A stretch of DNA of 64,000 nt, taken from the NCBI RefSeq assembly GCF_001447785.1, contig NW_015164680.1:793980-857979 (forward strand). Direction: 5' to 3'. The notes under the pieces are model-generated. The model was not told where the DNA came from. It worked only from the letters and a program-made list of their open reading frames with translations, and made no database searches. The stretch comes from Gekko japonicus. Its lineage: Eukaryota. Each line of letters starts with the position of its first letter. Positions within the stretch are counted from its first letter, which is position 1. This document shows, one piece after another, positions 46,618 through 59,308 of the stretch. Both the position numbers and the translations under genes were made by a program.

Positions 46618-47801
46618 CTGGAGTCTATCCAAGAATCTATCTAACCCCCTTTTAACGCTCCAGCTACTTGAGCAAAGGGTAGACTCCTCCCACTCTTGAG
46701 ATTTCCTGGAATTACAGCTGATCTCCATATTGAGATCAGTTTCCCTGGAGGAACTGGCCATGTGGGACGGTGGGCTCTGTGGCATTACATCCCTGCTGAC
46801 CCCCCTCCCCTCCTCGAACCGTCACCCTTTCAGGGCTCCACTCCCAGATCTTCTGGAATTCCCCAACCTAGCGTTGACAACCCTATCCTGCCCTGTTTGC
46901 CTTTGAGCCAGGATTATTGCACAATGGCTGCATTTTGATAAAGCTTTTGCTCTGATCCTGGCCTCCTCTGAAGCAGATGGGCTCCCCACGCCCCCCCCCC
47001 CAAGTCTTTTCCGTTTTCATCTTAGCGCTTGTGGGTCTGCCCGGTTTCCTGTCTGCTCATAAGCTTGCTTTGCCTGAGGAACAGAGGCTGGGATGATTAA
47101 TGGCTTCTGATAACACTGCCAAGAACACACCTGATACTCTCCCTCTTGCCTGCCCCCCACATTTATCTGCCCTTGGACATCTGTGCTCCTTGTGTTCCCG
47201 TGTTGTTCCTCGGGTGTTCATCTGCCGCACGTACTTTCCATGCTCAGGCGAGAGTCGGCTCATGACCGATCCGGCTAATCACATTTCTTGTGTTTTTGCA
47301 TTACAGAACGGGAGGCGATTTTGCTTTGGGGGGGAGATTCTTAGTCACACCTCTGGGTGCTCCCTTACATAGCAAAGGAGGCTGCTGTGCCAGTAATTCC
47401 TGTTCTTGGAAAGCAGTGATTGTATTATTCCATCTCTCGGGGTCTCCGCTGAGTGTCTTGAACTGCTTGAACTTTCTAATGCATCACGCACAGGATTCCT
47501 TCCCTTGGGCTTCACCGACTACACTCGGCTCATCAGGTAGAATAAAAGCCTCGCGTCTGAGCTGAGCCAAATATATTATTTAGCGGCGACAGCTACTGAA
47601 TCCCCTGAAGAAGGGCAGCCAGGTATCCTCTGGCCGCCAGTGGGGGGCAAAGCTCCAGGTTGGGAAACTCCTGGAGATTTGGGCATGGAGCCTGGGGAGG
47701 ACAGGGACCTCGCCACAGAGTCCAGTCTCCAAAGTACCCATTTTCTCCAGGGGAACTGATCTCTGTAGTCTGGAGATGAGCTGTAATTCCAGGGGATCCC
47801 C

Positions 47802-48149
47802 TGACGGTGTGTGAAGCCGAAAAGTAGCAGAGCACTCTGTTGTCTTTACAGAGTATGTACAATTTATTTACAGAGAATATATACAGTTTGTAGCAATTCA
47901 GGACTCCAACCATCAAAGTGCTACGCAGAACAGCAGTAACCATATAGGCAGTGAGTTAACAAGAACTGGTTACAATATATACAGGTTTAGACCAATCAAG
48001 AGTACAGTCCTGTACAATTGCTGAGTCACAGTGACACCTACAGAAATGATGCAATCTAGAGTCATATGATCACTCAGCTGTCAGCCTAGATAGAACACCC
48101 TGTCTACATGACTTGCTGTGATCTTGACAGCTATCTGTATATGCTGACG
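47802..48149 (-). mobile_element. Solo LTR (348 bp) inserted in a MITE
   Basis: 5-bp TSD TCCCC (47797-47801 / 48150-48154); termini TGACGG...CTGACG; host MITE sequence resumes exactly on the other side. Confidence 0.75.
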
Positions 48150-48439
48150 TCCCCAGGTCTGACCCGGAGATTGGCACCCCTATCCTTAAGTCTCTGATCC
48201 CTGTCGTGTTCTGAAGACTGCTGTGCTTCTCATGTCTTTAAAACATCCTTCTAGCCAGTAAAGCTAATTGACAAAGTAGGCATGATCAAGACAGGTCTGT
48301 GATTGGGTCTCTTGGTTTTGTTCATTTAAAAAAGTCTAAAAGCAGCTGGGGGGGGGGGGGGGGGGGAAAAACAGGGGTTTTAAATAAAAAAACTTCCCCC
48401 CCAGACACGGTGGGGGTGGGGGGGGGGGGGACAGGGGGG

Positions 48440-48644
48440 NNNNNNNNNNNNNNNNNNNNNNNNNNNNNNNNNNNNNNNNNNNNNNNNNNNNNNNNNNNNN
48501 NNNNNNNNNNNNNNNNNNNNNNNNNNNNNNNNNNNNNNNNNNNNNNNNNNNNNNNNNNNNNNNNNNNNNNNNNNNNNNNNNNNNNNNNNNNNNNNNNNNN
48601 NNNNNNNNNNNNNNNNNNNNNNNNNNNNNNNNNNNNNNNNNNNN
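48440..48644. other. Assembly gap (N run) with a low-quality poly-G left flank
   Basis: 205 N. Confidence 1.
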
Positions 48645-49317
48645 CCAGAGCAAACTAATTTATGCGGTAGCCAAATTGCTTGCTCACAGCTTTAATGCCA
48701 GTAGCTCACAAAGTAGGATTTTGCTCACAAGACTCCACAGCTTAGAGAGAGCATTGATTATATGCCCAGCTGACTTTTTAAAAAGTGGAACAACTGTCCT
48801 GCCTTCTAATCTAGTCGCTCCCTGGAAACTAAAAAGACTAGTGGTGGTGGGTTGTTCAAGAGAATACAGTAGACTACCCATGTCCTGCCATTCTACTGAA
48901 TAAAAAGTTTATTAAAATAAAATATTTATACCCCACATCTCCTTTCTGGCTCTAATTGGAAGCTTTCCTCCATCCTAAGAAGACTAGCTATTTTTCTACG
49001 AAATGGCCCCTGTTTATACCCCACATCTCCTTTTTGGCTCAAATTGGAAGCTTTCCTCCATCCTAAGAAGCCTTCCGTCAACATAAAGCAGCTCTTCTGT
49101 TGGCGAAAGAACAGCTTAAGTTGGAGAAAGGCTACTTGGAGTATGGTTGGTTCTATGGCACCGTCAGGCTCGTAGTCAGGAATTGTATGGTAAGGGGGCC
49201 TGAGTTAGGAATGCCAACCTCCAGGTGGGACCTGGGGATCCCCTGGAATTACAGGACATCTCCAGACTTACAGAGATCAGTCCCCCTGGAGAAAATGGAT
49301 GCTTTGGAGGGTGGACT

Positions 49318-49872
49318 CTAGAGCATCCCTGACAGGTGTTTGTCCAGCTGCTGCTTAAAGACGGCCAGTGAGGGGGAGCTCACCACCTCCCTGGGCAGCT
49401 GATTCCACTGTTGAACAAGTCTCACTATAAAAATGTTTTTCCTAATATCCAACCAGTACCTTCCTGCCCTTAACTTAAACCCATGATCGTGAGTCCTATC
49501 CTCTGCTGCCAACAGGAACAGCTCCCTGCTTTCCTCTAAGCGATAGCCCTTCAAATACTTAAAGAGAGCAATCCTGTCCCCCCTCAACCTCCTCTTCTCC
49601 AGACTGAACATTCCCAAGTCCCTCAGCCTTTCCTCATAGGGCTTGGTCTCCAGGCCCCCGATCGCCCTGGTCACTCTCCTCTGCACCTGCTCCATTCTGT
49701 CCACACCCTTTTTGAAGTGAGGCCTCCAGAACTACACACAATACTCCAGGTGCAGCCTGACCAATGCAGTGTACAGTGGGGCTATCACATCTTGCAATTT
49801 GGATATTATGCCTCTGTCGATACACCCCAAGATTGCATTAGCCTTTTTTGTCACTGCATCACACTGGCTGCT
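49318..49872 (-). mobile_element. CR1 LINE RT C-terminal fragment
   Basis: EQVQRRVTR...YEERLRDLGMFSLEKRRLRGD...WNQLPREVV. Confidence 0.9.
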
Positions 49873-50900
49873 ACTTCAACAAGATGTGTCCAAGGCTGCT
49901 GATAAGTCTAGTAAAAGCAGCAGAGAGGCATAGCCTTTATTTACATTTAGATGGAGGTCATCTACTAGGGCCACCAGTGCTGTCTCCATCCCATATCCTG
50001 GCCTGAAACTGGTCTGAAAGGTCTGCAGAAGATGATTTATCCAGGAAGGCCTGAGATTGGTCTGCAATTGCTTTTTCTATAATTTTGTCAAGGAATAGCA
50101 AATCAGAGACTGGGCAATAATTGAGTGCATCATTTTTCTGTAGCAGTGTTTTTTAAACCAGTTGGGAGTACTACTTGACACAGCAATCACCTTTGAAAAT
50201 CAGGTGGCTGCTGTGGTTCAGAGTGCTTTCATCCAGCTTTGGCTGATGCGCCCGCTGTACCTGTTCCTGGCTTAGTCTAATCAAGCCACAGGAATCCATG
50301 CCTTAGTTACATCCAGACTGGACTACGGCAATACGCTCTACTTGGGGCTACCCTTGAAGAGTGTTCACAGGCGGTAACTAGTGTAGAATACTACAGCTGG
50401 TCTACTGGTTGGGGCCAGTTACTGGGATCATGTGACCCCAATCCTACAGCAATAACATTGGCTTCTGATCTGTTCCCAAGCCCAATGCAAGGTGTTGGAT
50501 TTGACCTTTAAAGCCCTATGTGGCTTGGGATAGGGTAACTGAAGGACCTGCCTTCTCTCATACAGGAACTAAGATTACAGGGAGAGGCCGTCTTGACTGT
50601 TCCATCAACCAAAGAGGCTGACATGGTGACTACACACAAGGGAGGGCCTTTTCAGTGGCAGCCCCACAGTTATGGAACAACCTCCCCAGGGAGGTGCGCC
50701 TGTCCCCCTCACTGTTGATCTTTAGGAGGCACCTGAAGACAGTTTTATTCATGACGCCATTTGATTCGTTCTTCTGTTAAATTATTGATTTTAACTAGTG
50801 GCTTTATGTATTTTATGGTATCTAATTATTGTTTACATTGTAAGCCTCCTTGAGTCCCTGTAAGTTAGAAAGGCAGCTAAGAAATGTTTTAAGTAAATAA
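49873..50900. mobile_element. L2 LINE: inverted RT segment (minus, 49873-about 50160) joined to a plus-strand 3' end (about 50160-50900)
   Basis: Minus: FRPGYGMETALVALVDDL...LLLLLDLSAALD; plus: LGVLLD...SRLDY... and L2-type tail ending GTAAATAAAATA. Confidence 0.75.
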
Positions 50901-52779
50901 AATATGTAATGGACAGATGCCTGTCTGATTAATGGCTTGAGGAAAGATGACTGGCAATATGTTTCAGTGAAAGACGAAACTTCTGCTTTGGTAGCATGGT
51001 CTTTTAAGTTTTGCCTTTCCTGGGTTTCCTCCCCGTGGCCCTTTGTTGCATGTCCTTCCGTCTTGTGACTGCAGCTCTTGTAAATAAAACTCTTGCTTGC
51101 CCCGAGTCTTTGCAACAGGATAAAAAGGCTCTGAAACACAAGCAGGATTCCTCTCTAAAATTGTAACTTACTTTGACAATGGCATTTCCTGGAGATGAGC
51201 CCTCTTCAGGCATTGTGTTTCTGATGTTCCTGTGTTGTACAGGAGAAGAGCATGTAACACATGATCATCTCAGTACATGCATATGCATACCCCCCCCCCC
51301 AAAAAAGCCCCACCAATGGTGATGGACATTGAAGGCAGTGGGACTGGGGAAATTATTTATGAACTGCATGTAGGAGAGACTAACAGGCATAGATGTTGCC
51401 CTGCTTGTGGGCTACCCAGAAGCATCCAGTCAGGTGCTGTGGGAATAAGGATGAGGAACAAGATAGGCCCTTGGTCCGATTGAACAGGGTATACTTATAC
51501 CAAGCCTTGTTTTATCAGTAAGTACCTTGATGATGGAAAGCAAAAATCATCGGCTTCTTTTTCAGTGGCATTATATCCCAACTACAGCTAACTGCCTGTG
51601 GTCCCAGTTCTGGGACTATTCCTCTAAGGATACCACGTTTATTGAGACCTATACAGTTCCATATAATATTATACAAGGTTTCTGGCAGGTTGCTATACAA
51701 GATATGCATCATAGGTGAACAGCAGATGTTGTTGAACCTGTTGAACCTGTGGCCCTTTGGGGAATTTTAGGAACAGGTAGTGGCCACTAGTGGGGTGGGA
51801 ACAACCACAAGATGGCTGCCATATGGATTGAGTCACTCTAATAACTAAGTGTTCAACAAAATGTTTAGAGGTTCCAAGCCTCCTTTCCAAATAGGCTCTC
51901 CCCGAGGACACCAAGGTGATGTCTCTCAGACTCTTCTGAAGCACCTCCTACTCCAATGAAGTAGAGGAAACCCAGCGTTAGATGCTTCCTTTGGGGAAGG
52001 AGCAAATGGGCACCATGAAACACTGGCAGATGCCACGGTGCCGTGGGCTCTCCCACATTTGACATCATCGATGTAGAAGCTCTCTGGTTCAATTCCTCAT
52101 GTCTCCAACCAAAGCATCTGTTCTGTTATGGAGCAGTTTTTTTCTTCCTGAAACCCTGGAGAACTGCCACCAGAGTAGATGGACAAGTGCTTTGATTTGG
52201 CTGAAGTGTTAATAGCTAAAAACTGGCAGATCAATATGAAGAGTATGGAATGGAATGCTAGTGCAAAACAGCAACTATAGTTAGATCTCAGATGGGGAGA
52301 ACTAGAGTCACGTTTGACACTTGGGAGGATTCTGGGAAATTCATAAACTCTTGGAATGCTAAGCTTCCGGAAAATACAGCTGTTGTCCACACTGTAAGTG
52401 GAAATACGTTAGCATGGCATGTTGTTTGCCACTAGAGAACACGCACTGGGGATATGTCTCAAAAGTTTTTTGTTTGTTTTTTGGCTTGGTATAGTGGATA
52501 TAAAGTTATTGGTCTGCTGTCCACTTGATTTATTTTGTATACTTTAAAAATTGTTAACATAAAGGATTAAACAAGAATTAGGCCCCAGGCAATAGACTGC
52601 AGCAATACTTGTTGCATTAGTATTAGAGCATTTTATCTGCTGTTAAAGGACTCCACCCATCCTTAGCTTCGTTAGGCATCCACTAAAGAAAAGAATACCA
52701 CAAGGAGTTTTGACTCTGTCAAGGGGCTAAACTCCTGGCAGAGTCACTTAAGGCAGAACGGTCACAGCTGAGGGGAGTT

Positions 52780-53320
52780 TTATGGATAACTTGGACTGCC
52801 AAAAAGACAAAGGGGTGGGTTCTGGGTCAAATCAAGCCTGAGCTCTCCCTAGAAGCTAAAATGACTGAACTGAGGCCAGTGTTCCCTCTAAGCTGAGTTA
52901 GTGTGAGCTAGTTCCCAGTTTTTTAGCCTCCGGCTCACACATTTTTATCTCAGCTCAGGAAGGATGGCTCCAGAGCAGACTAACGTATGCAGTAGCCAAA
53001 TCGCTCGCTCACAACTTTCATGCCAGTAGCTCACAAAGTAGAATTTTGGCTCACAAGACTCCGCAGCTTAGAGGGAGCATTGATTGAGGCTATCGTACTT
53101 TGGTCACATGATGAGAGGACAAGAGTCACTGAAAAAGACAATAATGCTAGGAAAAGAAGAAGACCCGAGATGGATTGACTTAATAAAGGAAGTCACAGCC
53201 CTCAGTTTGCAAGACCTGAGCAAGGCTGTTAACGATAGGTGGTTCTGGAAGTCATTAATTCATAGGGTCCCCATAAGTCGGAAGGGACTTGATCACACTT
53301 AACACACACATAACACACAA
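52780..53320 (+). mobile_element. RTE LINE 3' fragment interrupted by a MITE
   Basis: LRLSYFGHMMR...SLKKTIMLGK...RWID motif. Confidence 0.8.
52877..53082. mobile_element. hAT-type MITE (family A) inserted in an RTE fragment
   Basis: TIR CAGTGTTCCCTCTAAGCTG / CAGCTTAGAGGGAGCATTG, TSD ACTGAGGC/ATTGAGGC; partial copies also at 48645-48757 and about 62467-62600. Confidence 0.85.
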
Positions 53321-54289
53321 AGAAAGCCTATCCAGGATTGTATCTGATGGCAGCAATGATTGTGGAGCAGCTGCAACCAAAGTGGCAGGCTTGTGCTTTG
53401 GATGTACTGCACGAATGGGTAAGAACCACTTCCAGAGGCAAGGAGCAGAAGCTTGCTATCAAGGCAAGTTAAGAACCCCAGCGACATCTGACTTTCCAGT
53501 GGTTGCTCTACTGACACATGTTGAAATGGACTAAGTTCCTGGGCACATGCCAAATTGCTTTGAACAGGGACACAGGTACTCTTAAACAAGAGTCTTGCAG
53601 CATCCTGAAAGCTACCATGTTTTTATTGCAGCATAAACGTACACAGACGCTTTGGCAGACGCATGTAATGGACATGTCTGGACAGATCAGTTTATACAGA
53701 AAGTTCTAGAAAAAGTTGTGAACCACAGGGTCAACGTGTCTTGAAGTGCAGGTGGTTGCCTTGAAGGCCTTTCCCAGCAGTGTCATCATGGGCTCATTCT
53801 GCCATCTGTTACTGGCCAGTGGTTATTGAACAAGAAAGATGTCCACCCTAGCCACTGAAACCATCCCTTAGGTGTTCAGCCTTCACGTGGATCAGCACCC
53901 ACAATCCATGGACAGCACTTCACACTGTTTTCTGCTGCCCCGGATGCAAGTAGAGGTTGGCCTGACTCAGTGTGAGTCACTCCTTGTTATCTTCTGTCTA
54001 GATGTCTTGGTTAGCTTGGCTTTCTTCAGGCCTGCTTCAGTGTTCAGACTGGAAGAACAGGGTGATGACCCGGAAATAAGGATGACACAGTAGGGAAAAA
54101 CCCCCAGCAGGCATCCTTGCCAGGGTGGGGCAAACAGCACTGCCAGCAGTTGGCCCTGTACTGTCTCTTATCTCTGTCTCTATCTCTAGCGGGCATGAGC
54201 TGAGGGTGTGACTGGATTGAGCTGTGGATGCCAGGTGGGCACTGGGTGTGCTTAAGATATTCTGCAGACACAGCTGCTGTGCATAGTTT

Positions 54290-54571
54290 AGTTCAAGACC
54301 CGGGTGCCGCAAGACGGGGTGAGCTCCCATCTCTAGTTCCAGCTCCTGACAACCTAGCAGTTTGAAAGCAAGACATTGCAAGTAGATAAATGGGTACCAC
54401 TTCAGTGGGAAGGTAACAGTGTTGCGTGAGCCTTGGCGTTTAGTCATGCCGGCCACATGACCACGGAAACATCTTCGGACAGCGCTGGCTCTTCGGCTTT
54501 GAAACGGAGATGAGCACCGCGACCCTAGAGTTGGATTCGACTGGCTTTCGAGTAAGGGAACCTTTACCTTT
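54290..54571 (+). mobile_element. Sauria-type SINE
   Basis: Matches the 12416 copy; ACCTTTACCTTT tail. Confidence 0.8.
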
Positions 54572-54749
54572 ATCCCCTCAATGGCAGTGTGTATTTCAGC
54601 ACAGCCACCCTTTCTTGTTCCAGTAGCCAGGCTTCTGGGGGAAAGGTAAGAAAACCTGTACCCAGTTAGATGTGGTGTGGAAACTGCATTAAGGTGTAAA
54701 ACCTGAACCAATAAAAGAGGTCAATTGGAATTAAAGTGCTTAAGGAACG

Positions 54750-55048
54750 CTCCGGATCAAATCAAGCCTGAACTCTCCGTAAAACGACTAGAGTGAGGAA
54801 ATCATACTTTCGTCACACTACGAGAAGACAAGAGATGCTGAAAAAGACGATGTTGCTAGGAAAAGTTGACGGCAGCAGGAAAAGAGGAAGACCCAACTTG
54901 AGGTGGATTGGCTCGATCAAGGAAGCCATGAGGGCCCTCCACCTGGCTGTTGATGAAAGGATGTTTTGCAGGTCATTAATTCATAGGGTCTCCATAAGTT
55001 GGAAGCCACTTGGTGGCACTACACACACACACACACACACTCACACAC
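54750..55048 (+). mobile_element. RTE LINE 3' fragment
   Basis: KTMLLGKVDGSRKRGRPNLRWIGSIKE; (CA)n tail. Confidence 0.82.
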
Positions 55049-55962
55049 GGAATGCTAGGCCATTATTTTGACTCAAGACAGCCACTTTACACCAATGGAG
55101 TGACCTGGAAGGAAAGAGGAAGTTCCTCCAGATAATTTTCAAAGCCCTCTTCAGATGTCCTATCTAGGGAGAAAACAACATACGTAGCAGTGGGTTATAA
55201 ATGAATGCACTGGCCCTCCCACCCATGGGTGATTGCCGGAACATAAGTACAGCGCTTACGAATGAACAAAGTGTAGGCTCAATCTTTGTGACTGTGAACA
55301 CAGCTTTTCCGACCGTTTCCAGTCAGAGAGGAGTAGGCACGGGTTGGCCTCAACTCAAAATGGAGCATGCCAATCTGGCAAGCTTTTAAAAGGAAAAACT
55401 AAGAAAAACTCTCCTTTTAGAACTCTTTGCCTGGGGAAATCTGTCTGGCCCTTCTTGGAAGAGCCTTCCTCAGTAGCTTGACAAGCAAGCTACCCATTAC
55501 ACTGGCCCCTGCATATTTCAGCAAACAAAGCTTTCCTGCTATTATTACTCCGAACGTTACCATGCAGGATACTTCTGTTACCTTTGCCGCATTGCATATC
55601 TTGATTCACCAGTGAAATGCAGCTTCAGGTGGGTAGCTGTGGAAGAAGATTTGGTTTTGACACCCTGCTTTTCTCTACCTTAAGGAGCCTCCAGGTGGCT
55701 TACAATCACCTTTACCTTCCTCTGCCCACAACGGGCGCCTGAGAGAATTCTGGCTGTGACGGCCCCAAGGTCCCGCAGCAGGCTTCATGTGTAGCAGGGG
55801 TGGGGAATCAAATTCGGTTCTCCAGATTAGAGCCTGCCACTCGTAGCTGCTACACCATGCTGGCGCTCAAGCGGCTGTCATAGGTAGTGTTGCCAGTTTC
55901 CAGGAGGAGGGTGGAGATCTCCCAGAATTACAACTAAACTCCAGACTACGAAGTTTAGTCCC

Positions 55963-56473
55963 ACTGGAGAAACGACGGCTGAGGGGTGACATGATCGAGG
56001 TTTATAAGATTATGCATGGGATAGAGCAGGCCGAGAAAGAAGTACTTTTCTCCCTTTCTCACAATACAAGAACTCGTGGGCACTCCATGAAACTGCAGAG
56101 CGGTCGGGTTAGAACGGATAAAAGGAAGTACTTCTTCACCCAAAGAGTGATTAACACATGGAATTCACTGCCACAGGAGGTGGTGGTGGCTACAAGCATG
56201 GACGGCTTCAAGAGGGAATTGGATAAATATATGGAGCAGAGGTCCATCAGGGGCAGTTAGCCACAAGGTATAGATAGGGGCTCTGGGGCAAGTGATGCTC
56301 TGTCTTCTTGGTGCTCGGGGGGGGGGGTCAACAGTGGGATGGCTTCTAATGTCCTGGCCCCACTGGTGGACCTCCTGAAGGCACCTGGTATTTTTGGCCA
56401 CTGTGTGACACAGAGTGTTGGACTGGATGGGCCTTTGGCCTGATCCAACATTGGCGTCTCTTATGTTCTTATG
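55963..56473 (+). mobile_element. CR1 LINE 3' end
   Basis: MIEVYKIMHG...RKYFFTQRVINTWNSLPQEVV; CTTATGTTCTTATG tail. Confidence 0.9.
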
Positions 56474-57850
56474 AGTGCTTTGCAGGGTGGAATCTATGAT
56501 ATCACATCCCTGCTGAGCTCCCCCCCCAAAAAAACCCTTGCCCTCCCCAAGCCCCACCTCCAAAATCTCCAGGAATTTCCCAACCCAGAGCTGGCAACCC
56601 TAATAGCAGAAGAACAAAATTCAAGTCTGTTAGCACCATAAAGATCAGCAAAGTGTTCCAGGGTATAAGTTTTCCTGAGTCAAATCTCACTCTGTCAGAC
56701 AAGCAAGGCAGACTACCTGTCTTCAGTCTCTTCAGACAGGTGTTCTTTTTTGTTCCTTACAGGTCAAGGAGATTTGTGGAGCCATAAAATAACCTCTTGT
56801 TAGCTGGTTTTCTCCTAAAGTGGAGTGGGAGGAGGGAAGGTGCTCCAGTGGAGTTCCTTTTGCTTGGACTGAGTCCACGGATGAATCACATTCACAGACT
56901 TTTGAATGGAGGATAATGTAATCTGGGCAATTACTCGGAATGAGATGTTATCCCTTGTGCTACGGCGAGACCGGCATTCACCCCTTTGTACCAGCTATTG
57001 AGGATGTTCTGAAAAGTATGCTGTGAGCCAAAGATATAGTGATTTGACTGTACTGTCAAAGCTTTTCTGTCCAAATTGTGTGACTAATAAAGGGCCATTT
57101 GCATGCTCACCGTCAGCTTGCTCATGCTTGGCAAATAACTGTTCTCATGCTTAATCACTTTTAGTAATCGTATCTCCACTACACACTTTAAGTACTCATT
57201 CATTCATTCACCCCAGGAAACCCCTTTGGGAGTGATGAGGGATTCGTAACAGAGAAGTTTCAGCAGCCTTACCAAACGACAATGTCCAGGATTCTTTGGA
57301 GGAAGATAAAACTGATATAAACTCCGTACTGGTCTTTAGTGCCAACAGGCCAGTAGACAGCTCCATTCAATACGTATCTTCTCTTTCTCCAAAGAACTCA
57401 GGACTATACAGATCTACTTCATCCTGGCTACCTTTATGAATTCATAAAGTTATGAAACTTTATGAATTGGAGCTGCTGTCGCCACTGTGGTGATAAAGGG
57501 TCAGGAAGGTCATCTATTAGGTCTGCCCTTGATTTCTAGAGCTCTAGAGCCACATGTGGCTCAGTATGGGGCCAAATACGGCTCTTTAAAAAGGGGAAAT
57601 GAAATATTAAAGTTGAAGTATGTAGGATAGGAAGATGGGATACTAGAATATACAGTATGTGAAGGGAATGGCAGGCACAGATTTTTATGGAACTAAAGGG
57701 CATCTTGGAGATGCTTTACAGAAAGGGAAATGATAGAACTGAACAGTTGCCAGTCATCCAGATATGGACCACGCAGAGTGAGCCAGCGTGGTGTAGTGGT
57801 TAGAGCATTAGACGAGTATCTGGGAGACCCAGATCGGAATGCTTGTCGGA

Positions 57851-58162
57851 AATTCACTGCCACAGGAAGTGGTGGCGGCTACAAGCATGGACGGCTTCAA
57901 AAGGGAATTAGATAAGCATATGGAGCAGAGGTCCATCAGTGGCTATTAGTCACAAGGTATAGATAGGGGCTCTGGGGCAAGTGATGCTCTGTCTTCTTGG
58001 TGCTCGGGGGGGGGGGTCAACAGTGGGATGGCTTCTAATGTCCTGGCCCCACTGGTGGACCTCCTGATGGCACCTGGTATTTCTGGCCACTGTGTGACAC
58101 AGAGTGTTGGACTGGATGGGCCTTTGGCCTGATCCAACATTGGCGTCTCTTATGTTCTTATG
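57851..58162 (+). mobile_element. CR1 LINE 3' end inserted in an old SINE
   Basis: Near-identical to 56162-56473. Confidence 0.85.
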
Positions 58163-58866
58163 CCTGCTCTGCCATGGAGCTTGCTGGGTGGCCTTGAAAG
58201 AGTCACACACTCTTAGCCCAAGCTCCCTCACAGGATTGTTGTGATGATAAAATGGAGGAGAGGAGAACAATGCAAGCAGCTTCGGGTCCTCATGGGGGAG
58301 GGAAAGTTGAGGGTACAACTGAAGTAAATGAATCAAGAAATAAACCATGCACAGATTTTTACATGTGCACCGGAATAATTGCAGAGGGGACTCCTGTGTA
58401 TATTTACTACTAATTTTTGTGTACTGCTTCCTAATTGTTTGGGCTGTGGGCAGTTTTCTGGATTATTAATCAACCTGCAAATGATCAGTACTGCTAAACT
58501 GCAGAATTCCAGTTATGCTCATGGGCTTTCTTATGCTGGCTCTCTGTTGAGCTCCTGCTTTGAGTTACGATGTAGTTTGTCTCTTCGGTTGTGAATGGTT
58601 GCAGGTCCTTGTTTTGTGTGGCCCTGTCTGCACAGGTCCCTATACAAGACACCCAAATGCAGACAGTGGAAGGCTTGGGTTTGTTCAGAAGTGCAAGGAA
58701 GGGAGGAATTGGGAACATCTGAGCCAGCTGAACAAGACCTGTGGCTGAGCACCTGCCTCTCTCCTTCTTGCAAGTAATTTCAGCCCAGGCTTATCCAAAA
58801 GGCTCTTGCCTCCTAGCCTGCAGTTCAGCCCCATAGCCACGGTGGGGCATCGCGGGGCCACACCCC

Positions 58867-58975
58867 AATAATAATAATAATAATAATAACAATAATAATA
58901 ACAACAGCAATAACAACAACAGCAACAATAACAACAGCAGCAACAGCAACAACAACAACAATAATAATAAACAAC
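58867..58975. repeat. Compound trinucleotide microsatellite (AAT/AAC/AGC)n
   Basis: Direct reading. Confidence 0.97.
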
Positions 58976-59052
58976 AGCCATGCCCCACAAAACACTATCT
59001 CCAAAGTTTAAATATTTTTAACGTCTAAATATAGCCACGGTGCTCTGCACTG

Positions 59053-59308
59053 AGTCCTGCCTGTCCTGCCTTCTCCTCCAGTGTGCCGGGCCAGCAGAGC
59101 CTTCTCCAGCTGGCTGGTGTGCCCGCCTTCTCCTGAATCGGCCAACCCTCACCAGCAGCTGAATTAGCCGCGCCAAGTCCTGCCTGTCCCGCCTTCTCCT
59201 CCAGTGTGCCGGGCCAGCAGAGCCTTCTCCAGCTGGCTGGTGCGCCCGCCTTCTCCTGAATCGGCCAACCCTCACCAGCAGCTGAATTAGCCGCGCCAAG
59301 TCCTGCCT
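59053..59308. repeat. Tandem duplication of a 123-bp GC-rich unit
   Basis: AGTCCTGCCTG recurs at 59053, 59176 and 59299. Confidence 0.93.

Noticed and set aside
48345-48440. G-rich tract as a G-quadruplex element
   Set aside because: Directly flanks an N gap and looks like low-quality read end sequence
51520-51870. Possible ancient L1 ORF2 C-terminal remnant (LLFQWHYIP...IQGFWQ)
   Set aside because: Too degenerate to support without an HMM search
58685-58990. Poly-Leu and poly-Cys/Tyr ORFs
   Set aside because: Translations of the trinucleotide microsatellite
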